Below are positions 38,646 to 51,131 of a DNA stretch of 64,000 bases, in pieces. The notes below the pieces were generated by a model that made no database searches, had not been told where the DNA came from, and saw only the letters and a program-made list of their open reading frames with translations. Position 1 is the first letter of the stretch. The number at the start of each line of letters is the position of its first letter. Position numbers and translations under genes: made by a program. Source of the DNA: Moniliella sp. 'wahieum' (lineage: Eukaryota); the NCBI GenBank assembly GCA_003971905.1, contig RSEE01000009.1:496001-560000 (forward strand). The letters run 5' to 3'.

Positions 38646-39685
38646 ATGAGCGACGATGTGCGACGGGCTGCGTCTGCAATCTACTTGCTCACCCCCGACT
38701 ACGGGCAGGCTGCCGTCTCCGAAATGGAAGAAGACGAGCGCTCCCTCGTCCCCGTGGGCACCGCCTTCATGGGCGGCAATGCGTACGGCGTCGTGAACCC
38801 CCCAACGAAGCCCACGTCACCACCGAAGGCGCGCTCACCACCGAAGGCTACCACCATGAACGCTGGATCCGCGGCCAGCCAGAGGGCCGAAGGTGGGAAG
38901 GAACCTTCAATCTTAGCGCCCTCCGTAGTACCCTCCGACACGAAGATACCGAGGACTTGCCTCGGCACACATTCGACCACATTCCGGTCCGGCCGCATAT
39001 CTCATGGATTAATCCTAGGCCTGCTGTTCCGGAAATGGGCGACCTCACATCGGGTCACTACACACATCGCTCCGTCATGGTGGATGAGCGTGATTCGGAG
39101 GTAGGCGATTTCCCACACCACCTGCCGGCGAGCAATACTCCCTTTATCCCTCCCCAGGGATAGCAATAATCCCCCTGCCCCTATACCTTTCATGATGGAT
39201 CATATGAGATGGGCTGCTCCTAGCATGAAAAACGATCCCCACTCCATCGATCCGAAACGTCTGTGGCCGAGACGCTTGAACCGAGAACATGGTCGTCTAT
39301 GCTGCGGCATCAACCCCGGCCCGATGTCCACTGTCTTATCAATGAGGTGGATCAGATGATCATCGCATGGGACATCTGTGTCCAATCTGGAATGAGAGAT
39401 TGGGGGCGTGCGACGTCGTGGCCCCTGGCGCCATTATTTGGACCACACCCAACATATGCACGCGAGGGAGGAGAAACACCTGTTCCAATAGAACAAGGGT
39501 TGTTTCCCACTGTTCGATCGATCGACTGGGACCCACCCCTGAACGAACCCCCTGCTCAAACCTGGGCCCGGGTCCGCGACCGGACCCGCGCTTGGGTCAT
39601 ACGCGATTCTATCGACGCTTTATATATCACTCACTCCGTCCATCGCACCGCCAAGACTACCCACTCCCTTCTTCGGTGGATTTGA
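38646..39685 (+). CDS. Hypothetical protein, frameshifted
   Basis: CACCATCATG start after a C-rich leader; consecutive plus-strand ORF fragments (MSDDVRRAAS.., PRHTFDHIP.., ETLEPRTW..); no family recognised. Confidence 0.4.
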
Positions 39686-42279
39686 TCTGGACCGCTTGGA
39701 TGGTCTCCCCCCGACAACGGCACTGACCTCTTTACTGGCGGTTGGAACTGAGAGTCTCCTGTCTTTCTGTGTGTGTTTTCACTCGTCTCCCTTCTCCCAT
39801 TTCTGGTCTCTTCAAGGCCTTTCATTTCGGTCGGCCCTCAAGGTCATTTTTGATGGCAGTCGGGCCTTGACCCTCTATTTCACAACCGAGTTCTTTGGCG
39901 TAATATAATTCGCTCTCCGGTATCTCTTCCCGCGTGGGACACTATCGGGAGGGGGGACGTATATTAATTACCAGGATACAGAAAAACAAATATAAAAAGA
40001 GGAGGTTCTCTGTGCGCCAGTTTGGACGGGTATCGCGGATGTGCATATGGCAGCGATACAGTCCCCATTGATCGTTAAGTTGTCCGGGCAGTTGTGAGGG
40101 TGAACATACAAAACTCGTCAGCCTATAGACGTCTACCTTCAAAGGGCGGCATCGTTTTTGCATATCGCAAGTATATCTGCCTGGATCACATTTTGATCAC
40201 AAAAGATTTGCTGCGCTAACAGTAGTACGCCGCCTGTCTTGCTCGTCCATGGCATTCTTCGGTCCCCAATCCTACAACACGCTGTCGCCTGGACCCACTG
40301 GGATGGTTGGAATGTGGTTCAAAAGACGATTCGTCTGGATTGGCGCCACTGATGATGGCCAGCGGGGTCATGTAAAAGGGTAACAGAGATCAGAGAGAAG
40401 AAGAGGCACCACATATCCGACTGCCGCACCAATGACCGACGCCCAGCGTGCATCCTAGCAGAGCAACAGTCTTGTTACCAACGTCGAGGCGGTACCAAGC
40501 ATGCACCTGTGTTTGGGCGCTGTGGGGTCTCTCCTTCGATGATAAGATACACGGAGGGCGGTGCCAGAGCGGAAGGTCGACGACGTCCGGTGTGTTCGTG
40601 CTTGGTTGTTGATGATGGCTCGGAGCGGGGAGGATATGCGTGGCGAACTCAATTTGAGGCAGTCGCAGGAGTATCACGGCCGTCTTTGTCGCTGTTCAGA
40701 ACCCTGTTCCCTTTCTTGACTTTCCCGGTGTGGGTATACAGTATCGGCCAGGGTAGACGAGGAAGCCAGGGCGGGGACAGTGGTGCCGGCATAGCACCCG
40801 ACCGTTGGCAGCAGAAGTCGAGCCAAAAAGCGGCCTATACGTGTTCCGGGCCAGCGCAATATTACCCCCACAGAGCTTCCATGTTCGCCTCCAGCTCCTC
40901 TTCCAACTCAACCGAGCCCGTGGACCACGAGCATGTTGAGGAAGGCATCGTGATCATCCTGGATGGCTCGCTCCGCCTAACATCAGCATTTCGGCCAGCT
41001 ACCCTCCCCCCATAACAAATCTGCCCCCCTCCGTCTGTGTTGACAATAATGTGGTCAATATACCAAGTCATCGAAGCGTTGTTTGTACAGTGGACAGTAT
41101 TGAGCCGAGCGAGGTCCACTAGCAACAGCTAGTATATCGTTGATGCGCCCCCTCTTTCGTTGCTCGCTGGCGCCTGTGTGGGCCTGCCAGCCGCACCAAT
41201 CATTGTCGGTGAGATGAGACGGCAGCAAGTGGCCCTTTTCGCCCCGGGCGTCGCCTTCGACCCAGTATGGCGACTCACGTCCAGCATCCCTCTCGTACGA
41301 ATCGGAGAACGACAGCGGCGAGCTGCCCAGCAAGCGTGGGTGGGGTAGGTGGTGGAGGGGGCATTAAGCAGGTGGGGAAAAGGAGCGGCATGTTTTCGGC
41401 TGCGGGGGGGACCTCACCAACACTTCCACGACGTGCAGAGGATGCCAAGCCATGCAGCCGTGGCCGCGCTCACATCGTTCTGCTGGCGGTTGCTGGGTCT
41501 ACTGCAGCGGCTGAGCATATGCAGGCCTAGTTTGCTTAGGTCGGGGGGTCAGTACAGTCGCGGTGCTGTGTGCTTCGGTGTTCCGGGGCCCATTTCATCG
41601 GGCCAAATTGATAACCGCCGCCGTGAGCTTTGTACCTGGCACCCACATCGCCGAGCGCAAGAACACCAGGCACGCGCCGCCGGCGATACTGACTTCTACG
41701 CAACACATGCTCCACCGGAGCCGCCCTGTCTTTGTCTTTCAAGTCGTGCGAGGGCGCAGACGGCCTATTGGTGACCGTTGCGGCGGGAAGCCCAGCAGGG
41801 CAGACGGCAGGGCCACTAGCCGAGGGTCACATGACCGGCCGAGCCCCAGCGCGACCCTACGACAGGTCCCGTGACGAGTGTGATGCGGACGTGATGCCCG
41901 CTTGTATCCGCGCGCGTGCGCGCCCCCCAGGCGCTGCTCAGACTCGTACCGGGGCAGCGACGACGTGGCGCGACAACCCGCACAACCCTAGCGCATCGGC
42001 GGCAGTGTCCCCCCGCGAGCACAACCACACTCGCGCTCTCTGGCGGCCGCACCACACCACACTGGGGGGGCGCATGTGGGGGCAGGCACGGCGCCGGTGT
42101 GTCGGCCTCCGCCCTGCGTCTCGCCAGGTGCGGCGCGGCGGCGACGGGCGTCGCAGCCTGCCAGGCTCAGCCGGCAAAGCCTCCACGGGCGTGGAAGCAG
42201 CAGCAGCCACCAACCCAGCCAGCCAGCTCACCATCTATCCAACCCGCCCTCGTCGCTCCCAACCTCGTCGAGAAGAAGG

Positions 42280-44231
42280 ATGTTCTCCTCGCTCGCTGCC
42301 TGGCTGGGCGGCGGGAACGGTGCTGGCGGCGGCAGTGGTGGCCGGTACGCGGCGGGCACGCGCCCCTCGGCCTCGCCCACGATCTTCTTTCGCCTCGCCT
42401 TACTCTCACTATGGCGGCGGCCCGGCAGCGACGATGAGCACCGACATGTTTGCCACTTCTGTCTGCCGCCCCCCGGCGCGGTGTGCCCGCCGGATACACC
42501 CTTCCCCGTCCTGGATTGGCCTCACGCGCCAACTCGCTCGCCGTGCTCGCCCCGCCCGTGGAGACCGAGGTGGAGATAGAGAGTGAAGATCCCCTGACCG
42601 CCAGCCACCGACCTGCTGCTCCGCCCGCCCTATCCTGGAGCCGCATCCGCGCCTGGGCGGAGGAACAGTATCCCGAGCTCAATGACACCTTCAATTCCCC
42701 CGCCTTGGAGGAAGACGTGGAGGAGCTGGAGCGCGCCCTTGGCAGGCCTCTGCCGGCCGCAGTGCGAGCGAGTCTGCTGTGCGTGAACGGACAAGATGTG
42801 GAGGCGTACGCAACCTCCGTACCCGGCGGCTCCTGCACCGATGGGCTTTTCTTTTCTGCCCATGCTGTCTACCGAGCAAGCATTGAGGGAATGGTCTTTT
42901 TGGCGCCATGTGGATAAGGACCCGGACACAGGCGCCTCCCCTGCTGTTACGCAAATATGTCCTCCTGTCCAGGGGGTTGGGTACGCGCAGCCTACTGACC
43001 CTGGTTGGCTTCCCCTAATCACACGACCGGGTGGGGAACTCATTGGGGTGATCTTAACCTCCCGGTCAAGCCGATACGGAAGCGCGTTACGATCAGGCTT
43101 CCCCACGTCCTTCTACCTCCTCTGATCCACCAGCAATCGCGCGGCAGTAGGACAGGTGATCGCGTTGGCCGCGACTTTGATACCAAGGTTGTCTTATGTC
43201 CTGGTGATGGGCCCGAGGGGGGCCCATTTTCTTCGCTGGTTTGCCGACGAACTGGAAGCAGGAGAATTTTACACGCTGGATGCTAGTGAGATGATCGATC
43301 GGATGCCGATGAGGACCTAATCGGCTACGAAGGGTACTTTTCTGGCTCTGCCCATGGTGCCGGCGCGTCCGGAAGGGGAGGGGGAGAAGCGGCTGGGGAT
43401 GGCCTCGCAGGCTTTGCCTTAAAGGGGACTATGCTGGCTGGCCTACGCTGGAGGCAATGGCCGATCGTTCAGCACGGATCTGGGAAGCTGCTGGGTACGC
43501 GCCGGGCGTGCCGGCGAATCAAATGCCAGATTACCGTCCTGAGGAGGAAGAGGCGGACGAGAAGTCTACCAAGCGACTGTCCCAATACCCTACCTCCCTC
43601 CTGCACTTTTGGTTCAAAGACCTGAGGAGGATGAAGAAGCTCCTGGTGAGAGTATCCCGGGGCCCATGCCCGACGAGAATGGACATGTGGAAGCGATGCT
43701 GGCTTCTCCCCTCCTAAGTGTAGAAGGTGCCAATGCGTTTGGCTCTCCTCCTTCAGTCAATTTCCCCGGCTCGGTCTCGGGCCAGCGCCGTCCCCCTCCG
43801 CCTGCACCCACAGCGTTTCTTGACCTTCCTACACTGGCGGACGTCAAAGCAGCCGAGGCAGCCGCGCTCGCGGAACTTGCCAGGGGCCGAAGTCAGCAGC
43901 ATGAATTGGACCTTGGACCGGACGTGAGGCTACGCGACCCTATCGTCTCCCGACGTACACGCCACGCCAGGGTCATGGCTTGGCCCTGAACATCCCCCTA
44001 ACTTCTTCTTCGGGCCTTGAATCGCCGTCCGATGCCGGCAGTACCCCACGGGTGGTAGCATATGCGCCTCGGTTTGGGCGGGACATGAGCGCCTCTCCTG
44101 TGCCTACATTCCCTGGGCATGAGGAGGATAAGTCTCTTCCGCTACCCCTGTTGCTTTGGACCCGCTCAGCCCACCATCGTAGAAAGAGATACAGATGCCT
44201 CCTTCGCACGTTTGCACCACACCCCCTTTAA
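42280..44231 (+). CDS. SMI1: SMI1/KNR4 cell-wall (glucan synthesis) regulator; frameshifted
   Basis: SWSRIRAWAEEQYPELNDTFNSPA..ELERALGRPLPAAVRASLLCVNGQD..DGLFF..LPMLSTEQALREWSFWR, Y..PGWLPLIT..IGVDL, GRDFDTKVVL. Confidence 0.88.
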
Positions 44232-44305
44232 CTCCCCCCTCCCCCTGATTCAATCACTGTTTAAGGCGGCTGGATCGACCATATAAACGAGGATCACATT
44301 GGTAG

Positions 44306-45446
44306 TTAGGAGAGGTAGCCCTTGGCCAACGCAATCTCAGCATTCATCACACTGGAGGGTGGCGGCTCCAATCATAACGTTGTTGGAAAGGACAACAAAC
44401 TTGATATCCAACACTGGGCATTTACGAATGCGACCCACGTTGACACCCCGCCATTCTGATGGTCCCGGTCCAGGCGCGGCTGGGGCCTGTCGGGCTCATC
44501 GTGGACCGTGATGACCTGCGGGGGCCGAATGGCACCCAAGCGTCTGCGCCTCGCAGGTATATTCTCGCAGAACCTTCGCCACTTCCTCCGGGGAAGGAGC
44601 CGGACGGCGCACAAAACTGACACTGACCGTCTCGGATTCCGTCCAACACAGGCACACGGTTTGCAGTGGGCAGAGACTACCGTCTTGGCATCGATGTAGC
44701 CCGTTCCGTCAGCATTGACCTCGCCAAGGATCTTGCGTGTTTCGCTCTCGATCTTCTCCTCCTCCCCAGAAATGAAAGGGACAACGTTGTCGTGCAGGTC
44801 AAACGCCGAGACGCCAGGGTAACCGGGCCCGAGAGAGCCTGCATGGTGTTGATCAGGACCTTGTCTAAGGGACCGAACGCATCCTGCAATGCCTTGAGCG
44901 GTACCACAATACCCGTAGTAGAGCAGTTGGCATTGGTGATGATGTATCCTTCCTTGAGGGGGCGGAGAAAGGGTGGTGCGTTGATGGGAGACGACATAAA
45001 GTGAGACGGGTTGACCAGGGAACAACAAGAGGGCAAACCGGGTCCATTCGGTAGTTCTTTGCATTCGAAAAAACGCGCACATTGGCCGCTCGCAATGCCG
45101 GCTCAATCTCCCCTGCTGGCCCCGAGTCGAGACCGGAAAAGACCACAGTGCAATGGCCAAACGCTTGAGGCGTGCAAGCCTCGACGAGCATGCCTGCCAC
45201 GTTGGCGGGGATAGGTGACGTCTGCTTCCATCGCCCGGCCACCGCCTGAGCGTACGTCTTCCCCACACTGGCCGAAGAAGCGCCGAGTGCGACGAGGTCA
45301 AACTGAGGGTGATTAGCAAGCTGGAGGATGAAGCGCTGTCCAACGGTGCCTGGGTCGCAAGTGTGTCAGCGGGTGTGGGTCGAGGCGGGAAAGAAAATGC
45401 GTACTGTGGCGCCAAGCACACCCACTGGAACCTTGTTGGCGGGCAT
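44306..45446 (-). CDS. HOM2: Aspartate-semialdehyde dehydrogenase; one intron, frameshifts
   Basis: VGVLGAT|GTVGQRFI, VFSGLDS, FSNAKNYRMDP..PLVVP, TNANCSTTG, TMQALSG.GYPGV, DNVVPFISGEEEKIESE..KILG, DRPQPRLDRD, NAEIA. Confidence 0.94.
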
Positions 45447-46178
45447 AATCGCGGTGGTGGTGATGATAGTCGTGAAGATGGAGGTGGAGAAAGCCGGGAA
45501 AGCACGCAGTTATAACCGCGACTACGACTCGACGGAGAAAGGCGGAGAGAAAAAGCAGCGGGTGAGCAGACGCCACCAAGTGGTGCCAGAATCAAAGGCT
45601 GGGCGTCACGCGTCAGTGTGCATGCCCACAAGTTTGAGCATTAATGTTCAACGTTCAGTTTCAACTGAGCGTTCCGCTCTGTTCCGCTGGAATCTGGCCC
45701 ACTTGGTTGATGCCAGGTCAAGTCACTGTGACTCCGACTGCACGCATAACACAGGTTCCAAGGCCCGCAGCCGTGGTCATCGAGGCCTTGTATCATGCTT
45801 TTCGCCACGCCGAAGTTTCATCTCGGTGGGATCATCGACGGGACGAACTATATGTCCTGTGTTCTCGCTTCGATGTGGCGTGGTACCGTATTGTCCGTGA
45901 GATACACATAGGTGTTCGCCTAGCGGCATGAGATCTCAGCTGAGATCTGAGAGACTGCTTCCTACCATGGCCCAATGGATTGACAGTTGATATGCATGTG
46001 TGAGCAGGACACGAACCCTAGGTGGGGGGAGAATCGTGTTGAACACGGCCTATTGATATGGAGGGGACCTACGTAACCCTACCTGCCCATTGCCTAACCC
46101 TAGTCATCCACGACTGGACGTACACGAACCTGGATCTTATCGGTCCATCGACCACAAGCGGCCATTCGAACCAGACGC

Positions 46179-47292
46179 ATGACGGCCCCTCCCTCGCCTC
46201 TGCCGCGCAAGAAGACGCGCAACGTACTCATCACCGGCTTTGGGGTACGTCCACCCGCCGCCCCTTTTGTGTGAGCCGCTCCTCACATCGTCTCCTAAGC
46301 CGTTTGGTCCGTACAAGCTTAATCCCTCGTGGGAAGCGGTCAAGCCATTGCATGGCCGCATCATCGACACCGCTGATGGCGTGGTCAAGCTCCACGTCCT
46401 CCAGCTGCCTGTCAAGTACACTGCAGTGCTGGATACGCTGGCACGGGTGCATGCATCTCGCGTCAACGATCCTGATTTCTCGCGCCACACCCTGCATTGC
46501 GGGGGGTGGCCCAGGCATATTTTGACTCGGATTGGGTCGAGAGGATTGGGGCGGCGATGGGCGCTCATACCCTTTGGGGTTCATCTCCTCCCCGCCAGAG
46601 GGTGGTTGGGATGCGGGTGGTACATTGTGGTGTTGGATCGCCAGGGAACGTGCGGCTGGAGACCCGCGCCCGTTGCTCAGGGTATGCGAAACGTGATTGC
46701 ACCGGGATGCTGGCTCACGGGTGGGTGTGGCAAAGGAGGAGCCGGATTTGGAACAAAGTATTGGGTTTGTACATGATCCCAAGTGCGAGGAGAAGCATCC
46801 CTTCTCTTCGCAATGACAGGGCTGGCTCTGGGGCTGGCTCTGGGGCTGGCTCTGGGCTGGCTCTGGGGCTTGATGCAGGGTGCCCTGGGGATCGCACAGT
46901 GGATGTGGTCTTACGCGATACATCTTGCATCCCCTCCTCCGCGCGGGTTTCCCGCGTCCGCCTTCTCGGATTTTGCACCTGTCCTCACCCGCAACAAGCG
47001 GGACTGTACCCATCCAAGCTTTTGCAGCATCTCCAAACCGTTCTCGGGGATGCTCCCGTGAGCTGAGCCAAGCCGCGGGCTGTATCTGTGCGAATATGTG
47101 TTCTACGACTCCCAAGCGGAATCTGCTAGAGCAGGAAATGCAACAAAACAACCCCCGCGGCCTGTACTTTTCGTGCACTGCCCACCCCACCCCACGACGT
47201 TCGGGCAATTCAAGACGAACCATGTCACGACTGAAAAAGTCACCACAATTCTGCAAGAGGTTGCAGTGTATATGGCAGAGCATGCTCTCTGA
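46179..47292 (+). CDS. Pyroglutamyl-peptidase I (peptidase C15) family protein; intron and frameshifts
   Basis: NVLITGFG|PFGPYKLNPSWEAVKPL, LPVKY, HCGVG, AGLYLCEY.FY, VLFVHCPP (catalytic Cys/His motifs). Confidence 0.85.
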
Positions 47293-47653
47293 GAAGACCC
47301 AGAGAATCTTTATTTTTTGGCTCTCTCGCTCCTGCTTCCTTGTCAATAACCTCCCGCCATGAATGTATCCGAGGCGCCTCCAGTCTAGGTCGGCAGGGTG
47401 TCACATGTCATCCGCAAAACTGCGTCTCTTCCCGCGTGATCTAGCTCCCGGTTATCTACTTGTCGGCATCTGTCTCTCGCCTTTTCGAATCCTCAATCCT
47501 AGCTGTTATGAGCCATCATGCATCATGACGTACGAACCATACATGTATGGACGAGGGTCTGCGGGGGCATGCTTCAAAGCGCGGCTGTGACATGGCTATG
47601 TACAGCGTAGTGAGGTTAACCCAAGCCTGGGTATGGGGAGAGAGATGAACGCA

Positions 47654-48258
47654 CTAGTCGAGCACCTTAATGCGCCTCGGCGGGGATAGTTTCTTTGGGT
47701 TTGGGGGCTGCTCAGGGTGGCCAAAGACCAACTCGGCAATGGGAACCCAGTTGTCAGGTGCACCCACCGTCTTGGTCACGTCATTGTTCTTAAGGTGCTG
47801 GACACTGAAGTGCTGCAGTTAGCACCTAAGCCAAACGCCTCAAGTGCAGTCCAGACAGTGATCTGGGCAATGCCGGAGGAATGGTCACCCCACTGCGGGA
47901 AAGGTGCTGGTATGCCGCCGGAGCACCAGCCTGGACCTTCTTGAGAGAAGAGGTGTCCTCAAAGAACAATACAGTGCCTGCTGCCCCTGCAAACCCAGCA
48001 ATGCGCGGGGCAAAAGCCTCCTTGCGGTCGTCAGGAAGAGCGTTGGCAATAGTGTCCTTCCAGTAGGACTGGTGAGCCTTGCCGAACAGGATGATCGCGC
48101 GGGAAGTCTGGCTGTTGAAGGCCGAAGGGAGCTGTTTCAGGGAAGGTCACTACCTCGACGATTTTCTCCTTGGGGATGACCTCCTTGTCCGAGAGGAAGT
48201 AGTATGTGCGACGGGACTTGACGAAGTCGAGGAACTGCTCGCCCTTGGCAATGGACAT
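47654..48258 (-). CDS. Nitroreductase, Frm2/Hbn1 family; frameshifted
   Basis: FLDFVKSRRTYY.L, PSAFNSQTSRAIILFG..H..W, F.GAAGTVLFFED, W..HSSGIAQITVWTALEA.GLGA.LQH, W.P.AELVFG.P. Confidence 0.88.
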
Positions 48259-48813
48259 TTTGGAGTGTCAGAGTAGAAGCTGGCGGCGAAGGTGGGGATC
48301 TGAGAAGGAGGGGGTGGAAACAGGTGACCATTGGAGAAAGGGGAGGGGTTTATATATTCACAAGCGGGTTCGGATAGATAACAATGTTATTCGCTTTGGG
48401 GAACACAGGAAATGGAGCAGGTGTGGTGCCAGAAGAGGAGTGACCGGTGACCGGTGACATGAAGGTCTGTGCTCTACACAACACGGTGAGAGTGTGTCGG
48501 GCCAATGTTTTGGCGATGATGCTATATGGCGTCTATTCTATGCTGTGCTATGCGCGCTGCTCTCAAATAGAGTAGACCGTGTGGATATAATGGACGTAAT
48601 ACATACGTGGTATGTCTGCTTATTGTGTACGTCTTCAACGCCGGCACGTCAGTGCTTCGACGGCTCTTCAGTATATACTACCACATGTACGCAAGAGAGT
48701 GGACAATCGATAATGTCCAAAAGGCATACAATACTAGGAAATACTCCGTGTACAGCAGCTCCTCTACGTAGCCACCGTAATACGCCACATATAAGTGCCT
48801 GCCTATTAAGGGG

Positions 48814-49270
48814 CCTAAGGCCTAAGGCCTAATAGTTACGAGCGTTATACTATGTGGCCAGTGATAGTGACTAGTGACTAGTGACTAGTGACTATAGTCT
48901 CTCTCTAAGATCTAAGCTCTATAGCCGGCAACCAACAGTCCCGTTACGCGTTACGCGTTATCATGTGGAGGCACTAGTCACTAGTCACCGATCGCGGGTC
49001 ACCGGTCACCAGTCACCAGTCACTAGTCAGCTAGTCACTAGTCACTAGCTTCACATGTCACGTGTCACATGTCACGTTTGAAGCTTGAAGCTTGAAGCTT
49101 GAAGCTTGAAGCCTGGATAGCCACCTCATAGATCATGATTGTTTTGTTACGATCAGCCGCTCCTACAGCCGCCACTAGATCCCAGATAACGCGAACGTGA
49201 ACGCGTAACGTGTTCAGCTCGATGAACGTTCGATGATCGATGAACGTTGAACGTCGTTGACGATGTTTAA
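48814..49270. repeat. Dense mixed array of palindromic heptamer tandem repeats
   Basis: (CCTAAGG)2+, (AGTGACT)4, TCTAAGA, (CGTTACG)2+, (AGTCACT)n, (GGTCACC)2, (TGTCACR)3, (CTTGAAG)4, plus GATGATC/GTTGAAC units. Confidence 0.92.
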
Positions 49271-49754
49271 GACGGCGAAAGTCCACGCATCATGCAGGAG
49301 ACAACGTAGTAGTCGCCCTAAGCCGTATTCCTTACAGACATGATGGTTTTGGTGGGGTCCGAGTGGGGATCATCGATCACGCGTCAAGTCGATCATGAGC
49401 ATCACTAAGTGCTCCATTGATGTAATATGGTGCTGAGGATGCACGATGAACAGTTGCAGACGGGACCTTTTGATTAAAGAGGAAGTCGTTCCTCTCACAG
49501 CATCCGTGTTGTGAAGCGCCGCCACAGCACCACCTATAATACCGCCCTGAGCGCCCTCAGGCCCTCAGGCCCTCAGGCCTGACCTCAGGCCTCAGCCCTA
49601 GCGCTCACTCACATACGCCTCACACACAACCACATCAGCTATACCTCCGAGTAGCTTCAAACTTCAAGCTTCAAGAGCTTCAGTTCAAGTAATTTAGCTT
49701 CAACGTCCATCTCGAGTCATCTTAAAGTCGAAGGCCACAGTAATTAAGGGCCTA

Positions 49755-49830
49755 CCCGTGGCCTAATGAAGGTTGCATTCCCGTGGTCTAATGAAGGTTG
49801 CATTCCCGTGGCCTAATGAAGGTTGCATTC
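49755..49830. repeat. 25-bp tandem repeat x3 (CCCGTGGCCTAATGAAGGTTGCATT)
   Basis: Three head-to-tail copies with one C>T mismatch and no spacers. Confidence 0.92.
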
Positions 49831-50010
49831 ATATTTTACTACAGAGCTTATAGCCTGGACAACGAAACGCTGGTGCGCCCATCCGGATCGCACGTCGAGC
49901 TCATCCAGAATATGTGTTGCCTGCTCGTGCCAGCCCGTTTGGGAAATTAGTGGAGGGTCTGGACCCTCCGCTACTGTGGGCTCTCCCGTCACGCGTTAGC
50001 AGAAGTATAT

Positions 50011-50410
50011 AGCGCGTGTGGACACCCTAGAATGAGCGCGTGGTAGATGACAAGCGCAACATGCCTCCAATGCAAACCGTCAGTTAATTCCTTCCGCAAT
50101 GCCCAAACGTCATACTGACCGTCTTCGCAGTATTTTCGTTTGTCCCATGACCACTGAAACAGAGGGGAAAGAGTGTGGCTCTTGAGTACGTTCTTTTACG
50201 TGGTACTTGGGTTCTTTCGTCGCATTCCGCTTGCTTCAACAGTGGAATCAACTTCTTTTCCTGGCGTTCCACAGGCGTTGCGGTTCCCTCATGTACCACC
50301 TTCCTGTATGCAACTACCCCTCCCTCTGGAAACCGAGCCTCTCAATGTGTGTGGTCCACCTCCATTCCTGTGATTATCCGAATGCTCCGGGTTCCATCAC
50401 TCGGTAGTCT
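50011..50410 (-). mobile_element. Degenerate fragment of a CRE-like (RLE-type) non-LTR retrotransposon C-terminus
   Basis: VHEGTATPVERQEKKLIPLLKQAECD.. aligns by eye to VHESTASPLERREKELLRLLEQAECDK at about 63480-63560; shared DNA blocks AGCGCGTGTGGACAC and GTGTGGTCYACCTCCATTCC. Confidence 0.8.
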
Positions 50411-51131
50411 GTATACACGTAGCGTTCCTCCTGCACTGTGTCTCGTTTTATTCCTCCACGTTGGATCGTTGAGAATGTGGTGTGTGTCCATGATGTTGCG
50501 CCCCCGAGAGCTAACGAGTCACATGGACAGTATATATGGAACGGTGGACTATGGAGCAACTATGGAACGGTGGACCAAGGACTGCGGACTATTCCAGAAC
50601 ATTAGACTGGCGGTAAGGCCTAAGGCCCAAGGCCTCTAAGGCCATTGGATATACATATGGGGCCGCAGGTCACGGCAGAAGGTCAAGACGATATGTTGTC
50701 TGCGGTTGTCACGCATTGGACGCAGTTTTTTTTCTGTACCAACGAACAGAAGCGTATATGTTTTGGGAGCCACATCCCATGGGGCTTGAATGATTCAGCG
50801 GTCAGGTGAGCAGTCAGGCTGATGGGCAAGTATTGACCTGCTGGGTTTCCAGATCTCCAACCTGCCACGGTCGAATGATGAGGAGGCCGTGGACGATATG
50901 CAGAAAAGGGGGGGGGTTACCTAATACTGACCCCTCTCCGGAGAATGTAGACGTGGCAATCAGCGACGGTGAAATATTGCAAGCCGGGTGGGCAGCCCAG
51001 GACGCGCACCTCCGTTCCCACCCGCCGAGGCCGGCTCCACGCCCCCCGATCGACGCTCCATCCTCTCCACCACCATCTAAGCCAGATGCTCCCCCGCCTT
51101 CAACTACGCGGCGCCCGTCGCACCGCCGCAA

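Noticed and set aside
45720..45740. TGACTC as a Gcn4/Cpc1 site in the HOM2 promoter
   Set aside because: A single short match in DNA already rich in GTGAC motifs cannot be distinguished from background.
46818..46868. 12-bp tandem repeat GGGCTGGCTCTG
   Set aside because: It lies inside the peptidase C15 gene and encodes a low-complexity Gly/Ala/Ser linker; unremarkable.
48814..49270. Runs of restriction-site hexamers (HindIII, SpeI, MluI, AgeI, StuI) as vector polylinker contamination
   Set aside because: The sites are tandemly repeated with a 7-bp period, degenerate, restricted to A..T palindromes and scattered through many intergenic regions; no vector sequence is present.
49755..49830. 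25-bp repeats as a CRISPR array
   Set aside because: The copies are head-to-tail with no spacers, there are no cas genes, and the context is eukaryotic.
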